DNA from: Geosiphon pyriformis uo1
Taxonomy: Eukaryota; Fungi; Glomeromycota
Reading direction: 5' to 3'
Assembly: GCA_016748015.1 (NCBI GenBank)
Contig: JAAOMT010000741.1
Span: 248,001-312,000 of the forward strand
DNA length: 64,000 nucleotides
A program made the translations under genes and the position numbers. A model generated the notes under the pieces. That model saw only the letters and a program-made list of their open reading frames with translations, made no database searches and was not told the DNA's origin. Positions 1-12,790 of the stretch are shown here, piece after piece; position 1 is the stretch's first letter; the number at the start of each line of letters is the position of its first letter.

Positions 1-2536
1 ATAACATCGATTTGAATCGCTGGCCATCCAAAGTTTAGTAGTGGGTCATCATCAAGTATAGGACCTATATCTGGTTTATCTATTTTCGATTCATCTTTAA
101 AAGAAGAATATTCGTGAATATAAAAAAATTAATGTTTTCGAAAAAGAACATACTACCTCCAACACCATATACATCTGTAACTTTGGCAAGACATGAGATA
201 ATTCCAGAATCGAATTCATCAATTAACAAGTTTTGCGAAGAATTTTGAGGCTTGGCAAAAATAGGTAGAATTAATAAAACGGCTTGACGAAGGAAAAACG
301 CGTGTTTTCGACGAAAATTGATAGTGGAAAAAATAGACGCAATTGTGGTCGTGATGTATATCTGAAAAAAAAATCCCGATATCAAAATATCTGTGAGATC
401 AATGACAAAAAATCTCCTTGAGGCTAAACCATAAACTTGAATACCTGCTCGGTTAAAGTCATTTCTTCCACAAATGCTCCATAACCTTTCATTGCCCATT
501 GTGAGATTTCGGTTCTCGTAACACCACTCATTTGACTCAAACCCCATTTCTTACTTGAATTTTTTTCAGAAGGGGGACCACCATGAACTATTACTTTGAG
601 TGCATCATCTCCCCATTGACCAACAATCCATATACTGCTCAACATTTTTGCGAGCTTTAAACAGGATTCTGTATAAACCAAAGGTGGAACTTGATTATGG
701 GCTGAGTTTGAGGTTTTAGCATAAAGCGTAATCACATTTATGTATTTTTCAGTGATATCAGTCCAAAGCGGTTTAGGACCAATGGGCGAGGAAGGACTAG
801 AAGGTGGATTCGTATTGGGGGAAGGCGGAGCTTGAAGAACTTGCGGCTAGCAATTTTACAAGGTGTTAAATCGGATTTGAGGAGTGTTTTTTCAAAACAT
901 ATTGAACTCACCCCAATATCAGCATGCAAATATGCTAAAAGAATCAAGGCTACGCACAGGCCTTCCAAAGCAGCAGCTTGCCATAAATAATCCGAATTAT
1001 TTCTTGTGGTATCTATTGCAATATAATAACTTTTTCGAAAAAAATATAGAATAGTTTACTGCCAATTTTTATAATATATTTCAAAAAAAATACAGTATAT
1101 ACTTTGTTACGGCATCGGGTAGCCTCCCAGACATCAAATATAAATCAGCAATTAATTTTTGAATTCTTCCAGGTGCCCTTCTTTTCAATTTTAAGTCTGC
1201 AACAGTATTAGGCACCATGGCCGCTTGATTGGCGATATTTCCCAATGTTGATCGAATTTGATAGGGATTATCCTTAGAATTAACTCCAACAGTTGTACCT
1301 CCAATGCCAACGGTAGTCATCGCCTGGGATGGAGGAGTTAACGGTATTGGAGGTGGTGATCTTAAGTCGGGAAGCGAATAAGAGTTTGCAGGTTTTGAAT
1401 ATCGTGTGGTTGATAGTGATGATGGTTGAAGGGTATTAGAATTCGAAGTTGATGAAATGGATGGGATTTTAGGGGAGTTGATAATTGTTTTTTTCTCAAT
1501 CATAGAAGCCTTGCCAAAGTAATAATTTTCCAATTTATGGATGTTTAATTATTTAATAATATGCAAGATATGAAAGAATGAAATTAAAACAGAAACCTAC
1601 CACATTTCCGAATTCTGTTAATATATTGCTAGCAAAATCACAAATCATTGTGCTCATGTAGAATCCCATATCCCCAAAATTTGGTAGCATAATGAGGCCT
1701 TTTGTATCATCTGGCTGAGTCTCAGCTGGATTAAATGCAAAACAACGGTGCGCAATAGCTGTCGGATACTGAAGCAGTTTCATATGGTGTTTTTAGTTTA
1801 ACATGTTAGACTTTTCCAAGCTCCATCTGATACCAAATTTTTACTCACATTTTTAAGTATCTCACTAAATTTGCTGAAACCATCAGGTAAATTTGAAAAC
1901 TCTTGACAATCCATTATACCAATGACCTATCATGCACAAGAGCGAACAGGTCAGGATTTCCAGTAGAAATAAAAATTGTGAATAATTTTCAAGCATGTAT
2001 GCCTTGTACACTATACCCCAAAAATCTTGCGATGCATTTGAAATTCTTCGAGATAGGCATGTTCAGCTTCGTAGTTGGTAATAAAATTAAAGTGGAGCTG
2101 CCCTTCGTGGAAAGCCTGTGCACTAAACATTGCTATTTAAGGTACGGATTTCACATCAAATAATTTAAATCAGTATATAGCTAATATCTGATTTCAATTT
2201 GAAGATGAATTAAAGTTGAGAGGCGACGAAGTTTATTATTATAAAATAAATGCCTACTCTAAGCTCAAGTCTCGCCATTACTAAACTTCAATTGAAGCCT
2301 AACCGAATAAATTTGGGATTTTGGGATTTTTGGTTCTGCGGGTTTTTTTTCTCTTTAATAGCCCACTACTCACTTTTTTGTGTACCTCGCATGTCAGGAG
2401 TTACATCTCCCAATTTCACTACTCCGAACTTTTTCACTAATTCGACGTATTTCTGAAAGGTATGAGCTTTGATTGGATGTACAGGAACTAGGAGAATACG
2501 GATGCGTCCGGGAGCTGTAAAAAGAAGGGGATCCAT
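1..2536 (-). CDS. TRS120: TRAPPII complex subunit Trs120/TRAPPC9, 5' part (9 exons in window, continues beyond base 1)
   Basis: Manual splicing with GT-AG sites gives one open frame: exons 2536-2374, 2132-2017, 1926-1849, 1768-1601, 1509-1103, 1029-912, 846-445, 361-154 (or 157), 79-1. The protein MDPLLFTAPGRIRILLVPVHPI...LGDVTPD...EEFQMHRKIFGVIGIMDC...HRCFAFNP...GRIQKLIADLYLMSGRLPDA...DYLWQAAALEG...FGWPAIQIDV matches fungal Trs120 motifs as I recall them. Confidence 0.92.
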
Positions 2537-3552
2537 TGAAGTTCCCAAAAATATTCAGTAACGAAAACCCTTTTTTGCAATATTTTACCACCATCCCAAA
2601 GTTATCATTTATTATCAAACTGATGGGAAAGATAAGAATTTAAATCTGAGTCATATGATATATATTAATTACACCTACATCACATGATCTAAAATGAGAT
2701 TTCGGATGTATTGTAATATATATCAATAAAGTTGATTTTTTTTTTTTGACCATGTAGATGCAAATACGAATAAAACGTCCAATATCATGTTTGACCAATT
2801 TTACCTATTCCTTTATTAGGAGAATACCATGTAAAAGGTGTATGAATTTCAGGATCAATAGAGACTAGATGAATAAACCTATCCACTTGGGTTTCGTGGA
2901 CTTGTTTTTCTATCTCATAAACCCAGGCAAACTTTTACTCCTTAGTTTTTCGAAAATAAGTAAGTTTGCTATTACATGTAATTTTGTGTAGAAAGAGCCA
3001 TTTGTTGTTTTTGCACTTTGTTTCAAAATGTAAAGGCCATAATGATTTAATCGTGCAGTCAGTGCTTAATCAATTACTTCATTTATAATAATGGCAGAAG
3101 CTGAACTTAAACAATTTTGTAAAAGCATGTCCAACTTAACAACAGCTTTACAAAACTTTTGTTCACCCCAAATAGCTGAATTATCATTAAAAAGAAGTTG
3201 TTTTTGTTTTCATTTCTTCTAATTTAACATTTTTTGCTCTATTCTACTATTGCATTAAAAGCAAATCTGGCCAATTCCATTAATCATTTTAAGAGTTGTT
3301 ATTGAAAATAATTTGAATATATTTTAATTTATAATGTACAATTCTGTTTTTTGGTGTTTGTTATAAGTTATTATTTTTTGTGCTTTTTGGTTTTTGTGTT
3401 TTCAATTGTATTTTGTTCATCATTTTTGCATTCTCCTGTTGATAACAAGAATGTTCTTGGCCAATTCATATTCACTGAAGGTTGATTTGTTGATAAAAAC
3501 CATAAATTTTGCAAAATTGAAAAACAAGACATATGGTAATGGTGATGATAAT

Positions 3553-3624
3553 AGTGGTAGTGGTAGTGGTAGTGGTAGTGGTAGTGGTAGTGGTAGTGGT
3601 AGTGGTAGTGGTGGTGGTGGTGGT
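3553..3624. repeat. (AGTGGT)10(GGT)4 microsatellite
   Basis: Ten perfect AGTGGT units at 3553-3612, then GGT x4; intergenic between the divergent TRS120 and SPF30 genes. Confidence 0.97.
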
Positions 3625-4079
3625 AATAGTGGAATTGAAATTTTTAGAAATTAGCTTAAGAAAAAAAAGAAAGATTAAAGGATTATTTTTATAACAAAAA
3701 AAAGGTAGTATTTGAAATAACGTCAATGACAAAGGGGAGGAAGAGATTTCTAGGATTATTTACTGTTCGAGATTTAAATTGTCTGAAATTAAATATTTGT
3801 GCAAAGGCAAGGCCTGTAACCACGACTTTTTTTCTCACAATATCTAAAGTACAAGCTAATAACGAAATTATTTTATAATTCACGAATCTAGCTTTTTTTT
3901 CATAATTCAAAATTTTTTTGTAATTCTGTTTGCAAAAATCTTTTTCGTAGTTACGCTCATATTAAAATTGTTCCGATTTACTATTTATACGTCATATTTT
4001 ATTTTAGATCATCTTTAGAATCCTTCTTTATAATTATATTTTCTTATCCTTCCTTGGGTCTATTGTAACTTCAACCAAT

Positions 4080-4937
4080 ATGAACGTCGAAGAACTCGCT
4101 CAATATCAATATCAATTGGATCAAGTAAACCTTGCACTGCAAAGTGAACCAGAAAACTCTGATCTTTTAAAGCTCCAGACCGATCTAAAAGAACTAATCA
4201 GTCTCACTTCAGCTGTTGTCAACTCCCAAGAAACGTCCCATTCACCCACCAAGTTAACAAAATCACCAACTTCCATTTCGCCTAAAAGTAACTCTTCACC
4301 CACTACTCCAATCTTGACTCCTGCACCACCCATCTTTACAAAGCCATTGCAAGTCGGTGATTTGTGTCTTGCCCGTTGGTCAGGCGATGGAGAATTCTAT
4401 CAGGCACAAATAACAGCGATTGGCGGGGGTGATCAAGTGTTTTCAGTCGTTTTTAAAGGTTATAACAATATAGAATTGGTGAATGTACAAGATATTAAAC
4501 CTCTTGATAAAAATAAGCGTGGAAATAAGAGCTCGAAGGATAAAAAAGAAAAAGAGCACAAAAAAAGAAAAGCTGGTGATGGACAAAAAAAAGTAAATGA
4601 GCAAGTACAAAAACAAAAGTCCTGGCTAGCATTTGCGAGCACCTCTGCTACAGCGCCGGGCAAGAAGACCACTAAAACCAAGAGATTAACCCAACCACCA
4701 ATAAACAAAAGGAGTATCTTTGCTACACCTGATAATCCTGAAGGCAAAGGTGAGAAATGAATTGGTTCAATATTCCTCTTAAATTAGGGCTAAAAAGAAC
4801 AAATTCGGAAAGGAGTGTAAATTTTATCACTCCGGCATTCCTAATTATTCTTTTTATGTGTAGTCGGCGTTGTCGGGAGCGGTAAACCTATGACACATTT
4901 TCAACAACGCGGAAAACATATATTTGATCGTGACTAA
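4080..4937 (+). CDS. SPF30: Survival-motor-neuron-related splicing factor 30 (Tudor domain)
   Basis: Exon 1 4080-4749, intron 4750-4863 (GT..TAG), exon 2 4864-4937. N-terminal EELAQYQYQLDQVNLAL..DLKELISLT, Tudor domain VGDLCLARWSGDGEFYQAQI, C-terminal QKSWLAF and SIFATPDNPEGKVGVVGSGKPMTHF, all typical of SPF30/SMNDC1. Confidence 0.93.
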
Positions 4938-5437
4938 GTGGCGCAAACTAAAACAGACATTTTCTTTTTTTCCCCAAAAACAAGCAAAGATAATTGTGAA
5001 TGTCGAATCTGGATGGACTTTGATAGTCAGGGGAGTAAAATTGTTCTTATCTTTGTTTTTTCTCGCTTCCTATTTCAATTTTCACAATAATTCCATCAAA
5101 ATTGCAACCTCTCCTCACTTTAACGGACTATCCAAATGGTTTGAGAAAAAACGGGATCATATCCGAACTGAGTGAGATCATATCGAACATGGTTCCTTAA
5201 AGGCAATTATGCTTAGAAATGATCTCGATTTGCTGACACTGGTAATTTTTTATTTGATTCAAAGAGTTTTATTAAGACTCTCGACTATCGTAAGGGATGT
5301 TAATTAGCGAATAAAAATGCAGCGGTTACTAACAAGACCATAAATTACCATAAACATTATACCGGGAATACGTAAATTATGTCTTTTTGATAGTAGCCAG
5401 TTTAGGCTTCTCACCCAAATTCCCTCTTGATTTTTGA

Positions 5438-7151
5438 TCAAGCTTTTTCTCTTTCCTGTACGTTCAACCACTCAAAAAACCCACAATTTTTTCCTTGATT
5501 GGCACTGCCAGCCTCACACATATAAAAATAACGCCCAAAAGTAGCCTCTTTCTTCATGACAGGTCTTAATACAGATGGAATGCCGCAATGACATATAGGT
5601 GTCCATGAGGTAGAATATTCCTCCCTGAATTGTCTAAAAGTGAGATTAATCCTTTTTGGCCCCGCCACATTATGAGGGTCAATAACCTATGAATTCAGGA
5701 AGATAAGCAACCGAGAAAAAACATTTAAGTAAATTTAAAGTACTTGCCTGTTGAGGGCAAACTTCGTGTTTCCATTCTATTTATCGCGTGGAGTTGATAT
5801 ATTAATGAAATGAGCGAGAAATAAAATTACAGGATGCTTAAATACCCTCTTGCATACACCACATGATTAGAAGCGAATTGTGTGGTAAAGATATGGAAAT
5901 GATTCTAGAAGCAGCATCGGGATGAGAATTAGAGGGAACCACCCGGCGAATGCGAAATTGCCTGGTGGCTCCAAGTGATAAAGACCCTATAATAGGGCGG
6001 GGTCCCAAATAAGTCAATTTATCACTGTGCCATCCAACGGATTCTAGAAATTTTCAAAATATATATTATTAATATTGCCAAAACTTTGCAAGTTCTATGT
6101 TTCAACAAACCTTTAGAAGAAGAATAGCAATTTGCTGCGGCAACATTTGGCTCCCAATCTCCTTAGAAAAGGCAAATTGTTACTTCTCTCAAGTTAACCT
6201 TTAACTCTATATTGAAAAAATTTTGTTATTCACCTCTCCCCTCAAAAGGATGCCTATGGAATGAAAACATTGATATGAAGATTTCAAAAAACTTTTTCAA
6301 GGGTCCACATAAAAACTTTGGAATTGAATACCTGATGCGATTTTTGCGAAGGCCATTGACTTTATCCGTTATTACCTTCCGTGCTTCATCCATTTCAGGC
6401 AAGAACAGACGAGTATCTTTAGCTTTACTTCCATTATAATAATACTCACCACCATATGAAGCCTTTGCATGTTCGGTTATATAAAAGCATGAACTATGTG
6501 GTGATGAGACTTCTCGATCAAACAACCACCATTGATTGCGTTCCCATGTCTCGGATTCTTTGAGCATAACCAACAAGAGAGAATGTGCTAAATTCTTAGG
6601 CAAGATATTCGGAATAAGTTGACACGGAGTGTGTAAAAGAACATCCTCAGGACGATAAAGCATAAGAGGGAGTTTATTAGATTTTTTCGCTACTTGTGAA
6701 ACAATGCTTGTTGAGGTAGGCCATTTAAGCGCATCAGCTAGGCTTAAAGTAAAATTGCTTTCTGATTGAAGAGAATCAAAGGCATCTGTCGTAGAAACTT
6801 TAGTTGTTTTGTTGGATTACACTTTAATGATTCATCAACCTGACCAGTAATTTCTAATTTTGGCCTTTTGATTTTGGGTTCGCATCCAATTGAATTGCCG
6901 TGAGACTCTGTCCTTTGGATAATTTCTTGATTGTGTTGATTATTAGTTACAAAATTTATTTTTGACTGTTTAAGTCTCTTTAGAGGATTTAACATTCGGA
7001 TGCTCTTGTGTTTCATAAGGAAAATATTGGCCGCAAGTTCAGAATTTCCCTTTGCTTCTTGCAAAACGTCCCTCAATTCGTTTTCACTTGCTGTTTCGAA
7101 AATAACCCGAAGGGTGTCAAGCTTTAAATCCACTCCTGAAATTTTGGGCAT
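5438..7151 (-). CDS. AlkB-family (ALKBH2/3-like) 2OG-Fe(II) dioxygenase with N-terminal CUE-like domain and C-terminal GRF zinc finger
   Basis: Exons 7151-6845 (junction uncertain), 6785-6332, 6253-6234, 6161-6111, 6043-5846, 5776-5748, 5686-5438. Catalytic motifs SVGWHSD (HxD), WKHEV, KRINLTFR; IGSLSLGATRQF; GRF-type CHCG..GRYFYMC..CGFFEW; CUE-like LDTLRVIFET..LRDVLQEAKGNSELAANIF. Confidence 0.88.
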
Positions 7152-7229
7152 TGGAAGGTTTCCTTTTTCGAATTTGAGTGTGTAGAACGCTTAAAACGGT
7201 AAAAAAATAAGAATATGAGAGTTGAAGAC

Positions 7230-7958
7230 TATTTTTATATGAAATTTTTTAATGCATATCTCCTTTTTTGCTATTTAATCTTTTTCTTATTATGATTTAT
7301 AATACCTTATAAATAAATAAATTGTAATAATCAAATAAACAAACTTTTTTTACGCAAAAGAAATAACAGACTTAATTTTAAAATTAAAATAATTAAAATA
7401 ATAAAATAAAATTTGAATTCTTGGTTATTTTTTTAATAAATATAACTTTTCTATTATATATATATATATATATATTGTAAATATAAATTTTTTGTTTTTT
7501 TCTACATAATTAATTACTTAAATCAATTAAGATTAAATTATATTAAATTAAAAAAATTTAACTTTTAACTGTATTTTCAAAAATAATTATATATATAAGC
7601 AAAGTTTTTATATTGAAAAAACAAATTTGGCCAAATTATTTTACTAATATTATATATTTATTAATAATAGTTTTTATATTAGTTTTTAATATTTTTTTAT
7701 AATAAACATAATTAAACTTATAATCTTAAATTTATAAAACAATAAAACTTTTTTTCTTTTGTATTTTTATGATTACAACCAAAATAAAAAGTAAAAAAGA
7801 AACAAACTCTATTTTTTCTATTATTTTTAATAGTTTTAATACTTAAAAAACTTTTTTAAAAATAAAAAAAATATTTTTTATAATGTTTTTTAAACTATTT
7901 TTTTTATTTTAAAACATGCTTTTTTTTTATAAAAAATAAAATATTGGCTTTATTTAAA
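7230..7958. other. Extremely A/T-rich spacer at the gene/transposon boundary
   Basis: Almost devoid of G/C, no ORFs, includes a (TA)n run at ~7455-7474. Similar spacers at ~14875-15394, 18320-18424, 30516-30985, 32070-32560 and 61655-61949. Confidence 0.85.
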
Positions 7959-8105
7959 TTTTTTTATTTTTTTTTTTTATTAACGCATTTAAAAAGTGTA
8001 GCCCAATCGCTATCTAGTACATAGAACCAAACTAAAAGGCTCAAACTAAACGCGACTCACGCACTTTCTACATGTGACTAGCCATTCAGACCAGACAAGG
8101 CAACA

Positions 8106-11100
8106 CTACACATCTATAACTACCCGCACACTGCCACCCAGACCAGAAAAAAAACAAAAAGGCTTCCGATGACCAAAGCTAACAGCAAAGGAATTGGCCA
8201 AACCAAGCAATCTCACAACACTGTTAGCCAAAACTGAAGACACACCACAAAGGAGCCCAGAAACAACACCAACATCACAGACCAGACCAGCCTTCTCCAT
8301 CACCACCTGGTGGCTGGCTCTAGCCAACCATATCTTAGCATGATGTAAACCAACAACGAACCTGACATAATCAACAATCTGAGCAGTGGCCACCTTTCTA
8401 TCCTCAAAAACATCGCAAGCCTCCTCATACCACTCCTTCAACACAAACCCTTTGCACACCAAAGTGTACAGCCCAACATCAATGGAACATTGAGACAAAA
8501 TCTGCAACACAGCAGAAGCAGGAGAACCACCAGCCAAAGCTGACCAACGAGCAGAAGCCTCTGCCAAAATCTTACCATGAATGCCAGACTCATGAACACA
8601 AGTAAAAACGTGGTCAGAGAACTCCACCTCACTGCAAAACAAACACAACACACTAGGGTAGCATTTATCATACAACCTCTTCCTTATGGCCACCGGCAAC
8701 CTCCTGTGCACAGCCTTCATAATATAAGTGCGAAGCGATGAGGATGCACAGCTAGTGAACCCAGCAAGCATATGAGAATCAGGATGCCACACCTTTACCG
8801 TAACAACCCAGTCTATGCAACCAATCATCGCATCCAGAACTACATCACAACCAGGCCCAGCTTCCCAACGAGCACAACAAATTGATCGAAAAATATTCCT
8901 GACAAAATGACAGGCATTACCAGAAACAGCGACACCCTCAGCAACCAAAAAATGTTCACATACATTGGCACAAAGGAAAAAGAGAGACCCAGAGGCAGCC
9001 CCAACAGCCAAGTCAGCTCTCACATTACCAGGAATCCCAGAGTGTCCTTTCACCTTAACCCAACTCACACTAAGATCCTTATCCCTGACCAAATTGAAAA
9101 TATGATGCCTTTCCAGCCAGTATTGATTACGGAAATCAGGAGCAACCAAAGACATCTCAGACACACATGCGTCAATGGCAGCCTGGCTGTCAAGACACAA
9201 CACCACAGTACTTGAAAAAAGAACACACTCCAAAGCCAAAGCAACAGCCTGTAACTCGGCCATAGTAGATGACAAAAGACCATGAATAGCGACACCAATG
9301 CTCATATCCAAGACCGGAAAGTACGCAGCAGCACCACAGACAACCTCAGTGGAGCCTGCATTCCTCAAAGACCCATCTGTGAAAACTTCAAAAGAGTCTG
9401 ACCAAATGTCATGCAATCCATCTTTAACCACAGAAAATTCCTCAGACCCCAAAATGTCCAAACCAAGCTTTTCCGCAGAGCCAACAGAACCAGAAAATGA
9501 GTAACCCTGACCTTTCAAAAACTCAGAAGAAACCATGAACCAGTGAGACACAGGACCACGCGGATCCAACCTCTTCCAACAACGAAAAGTTTTCCAATCC
9601 AACAAAACATCTTTCTTATCAAAAAGCCGATCACCAAAAGCGACACCAAAACGTTTAAGAAATTTGACCGAATCAAAATACAGAGACTTTCCAAGAACAG
9701 AGGACAACGGGAACCAACCAGGACTACGAAATGCAGTAGAGAGGTTGTTCACCAAAGTAAGCTTATTGTCCAGAAAGATCTTCACCATCCCAGCCAAAAA
9801 ATTGTTCACCGGACTAACATGCAACCTGACTGGAAACTGCAAAGGATCCAAAGGAGCCCAACCAAGAATCTGTAGGTCCAAAAACCTATGTCTAAACAAA
9901 TGCCCAAGAATGCCAAAGGCATTAGAGAATGCCATCAAAGTAGCAACCTTCCCTTTAGACTGCATCTGCTCAAAAGGCTTTAGACCATACAATGAGGGAT
10001 GATGCAAAGCAGCATCAGGAAAATCACGGGGGAGACAAGTCTTGGACCTAAGACCCTTTCTAACCAAGACATCTCACTTGTGACAAACATTAGATGAGAC
10101 AAAACTGAACTGAGTACGATAGCTAACAATAGGCTGCAAAACAGCTGACACCAGATAGGAGAATTGTTTGTCTGTAATAGCCTTCCTAAGCACAACATTG
10201 ACGAAGAAACGTACATCCATATGAGCCTTGGCAACACTTGGCTTGGAGAGCCCTTCAGTCGACAGAAAAATACCCAGATACCGATGTGCTTCCCTTTTCT
10301 TGGCAATAGAGATTGGCTGACCACAAATGTTCAGTGAAGCAACTTTAATGCCCTGATTGATGGGAATAGCCACCGTCTTCTCACTATTGATAGAAATGTC
10401 ATTGATCACAAAAAATTCACTGGCAATGTTCAGAGCATATTGAGTAGAAGCCTGACAATTTCCAACCCAGATCATATCATCAACAAACGCACCAGCCGAA
10501 AAATATGATGTCAAACCACCACTGCCCTCAATTCTGCCAGATTTTGAAACAAACTTAGTATTAATTCGGTACCCACACAATTGTTCGTGCCTTTTAACCT
10601 CACACAAAAGTGGATTGTAAAAAATCCTCCAAAGAAGTGGCGAAAAAACCTCACCCTGGTCCAGCCTATCATGCACCTTATAACCACCAGACAAACCAAA
10701 GTCAGTCATCACCCTATTAACTCTATTCTCATGAATACCACCAAAAAATCTTATGAACCTCTCACACATTTTGACACACCGCAAACTAGCTCTTAAATGA
10801 TGCCACCCAACTGAATTGTAAGCTTTTCGCATATCTTGCAAGACCAACCATAACTCCCTATCCTTCTCAATGGCATCCTCAATTACTGAACTGACAGCAA
10901 ACACCAGAGATTGCGTTGACATACCCTTCAGCACCAAAAAGTTGTCACCCTGAAGAACATTGAACTTGCTACAAGTCATTGAAATACGGTCAGACAGAAT
11001 CTTGGAAAGAATCTTTCTGGCAGTCTCAATCAAGCAATAGGCCGAGTGTTCGTAAGAACTCCATCCCAGTCATAAGGCTTAGGAATCATTGACACCCAAG

Positions 11101-12790
11101 CCCTCTTTCACAAAACAGGCACTACACCACCCAACAAACATTTATTAAACAGCACCAACAGGCACCCCAAAACCACCTCACCACCATGTTTCCATAACTC
11201 ATTAGGAACACCAGACAAACCAGCAGTCTTGCCATTAGGAAGACCACCAACAGCAGACAATAACTCGCCCATACTGATTGCACTCATAACACCTGAAAAA
11301 GCATCATCCCAAATATAATCTAAAGGTGCGTACTAACGAGCCCAAAGACCAGGAAGCACTGACTGCACAGAGTGTTTTCTCGTTCACCCCTCCATTATTC
11401 TATCCACACTGGACTTCACCTCTTCAGGCAACAAAACCAGATCATTATCAACTATCAAGTGATCCAACACAACCTTGCAAAAAGGCTTTTTCAACACACT
11501 CCTGATCATACTACCCTTATCTGAACAGAAATTATCCATGCGCTTCTCAATTGCCTTCCTAACTGAAGCTTCCTCAGCCAACCTTGACTCAAACATCTTC
11601 GACCTTCTGTAATCTCTGTGAACCAATGACAAATGCCTAACAACAACATCAGATTTAACACCTGAGCCAACCAAGTCCTTGAAAGCACAAGCCTTCGCGT
11701 CATCCAGAGTCAACCATTTACTCACAAGACGATCAGCGCTCAGTAAGTCACCAGAGCAAAATTTTTTGACAATCTTGGCCACCAACAATTCCAGACCAAA
11801 AAATCTAGAAGAATGTTTGTTTCTCGAACACTTGAATTCACTAAACCAATGCCTCGAAAATGTCACATCAGCAGAATCCAGCACAGCTCCCACCAAAACT
11901 GCCCACATAGCATCCATATCACCATGCATTTCGGCACCAGAGAGCACCTCACCCAAAGATAAAAGTTTAGCTGACGAGAGATCCCTAAACTTAGCCCATC
12001 CAACACCATCAGCATTCTTGATTTTGAACTTCCAATGATCTTTATTCGCCTGCTTGTGCAAACTATTCAAATGTACATCCAGAAGCCCACCCAAACCGAC
12101 TGAGACCACAACTGCCTTGTGATCGGTGTCAAAGAAATCCGAAACAGAGACAACTTGATGACCAGCAACAGCAAAAGACAAATTACCACCAACAAAAATG
12201 TAATCAATTGTTTTCCCAACCCCTCTCGAATTGCTCCATGTATGAGAATTAGCCAAATGATGACCAACAAATAAATTGACCAAACCTAAACTCAAACAAA
12301 ACTTGAAACTAGCACTTCTACTAGATTCATTCTCATTAAGGTCCCCACCCAAGACAACAAAATTGCTGGAATTGACCGCCTTTGCAATGAGGGTGTTAAC
12401 TTCAGGAGCCTGATCAAATCTAGCCCCAGAGGAAGCACCAGCATACAATCCCAAAACAGTAACCAAGAGCTTGCCCTTAAACAGGAGCCGAACAGAAATA
12501 ACCCGACCAGGAATCTCCTCCACCTTAGATACATAATGGGCCAAAAAAGTGTTCATAACAATTGCAACCCCAGCACCCATGAAACCCTTATCCAAGCCAG
12601 AAGAAAATATTCGCACTCCATCAAACTTATCCTTTATCCACGGCCCAGAAGAGGACCTCAATTTAGTCTCAGTAACAAAAAAAACCATATTTCCCGAGTT
12701 CACATGCCAACAAACAACATCCACTTGTTTCGCAGAAACATTAATACCCCGAACGTTGCACGTAGCAAATTTCCAAACCAAACTACTCAT
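8106..12790 (-). pseudogene. LINE-A ORF2 (APE endonuclease, reverse transcriptase, RNase H, C-terminal zinc finger), disabled
   Basis: APE motifs TCNVRG, VTETK, LGGDLN, IDYI, TDH; RT motifs LQDMRKAYNSV, QGEVFSPLLW, FVDD, YLGI; RNase H FTDGS, AELQA, LDSQ, VKGHSG; CLFC..DHVFTC. Premature stops at 11384, 11333, 11108 and 10074, and a 1-nt frameshift at ~11035. Confidence 0.93.

Noticed and set aside
2133-2373. Longer first intron of TRS120 as a snoRNA host
   Set aside because: No convincing C/D or H/ACA box arrangement with a terminal stem seen.
3091-3222. 43-codon ORF MAEAELKQFCKSMSNLTTALQN..
   Set aside because: Looks protein-like but is short, with no supported splice continuation or recognisable family.
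3394-3732. Poly-GS and poly-T ORFs on both strands
   Set aside because: Artefacts of the (AGTGGT)n microsatellite; non-ATG starts and no recognisable domain.
8040-8100. Hammerhead ribozyme in the LINE 3' UTR (CUGA..GAAA)
   Set aside because: The CUGANGA core and stem II/GAAA geometry do not fit; kept only as a generic structured tail.
10074-11386. TGA-as-Trp alternative genetic code explaining the in-frame TGA codons
   Set aside because: TAG and TAA stops and frameshifts occur as well, host genes use TGG for Trp, and the AlkB gene ends in TGA; G>A decay explains them.
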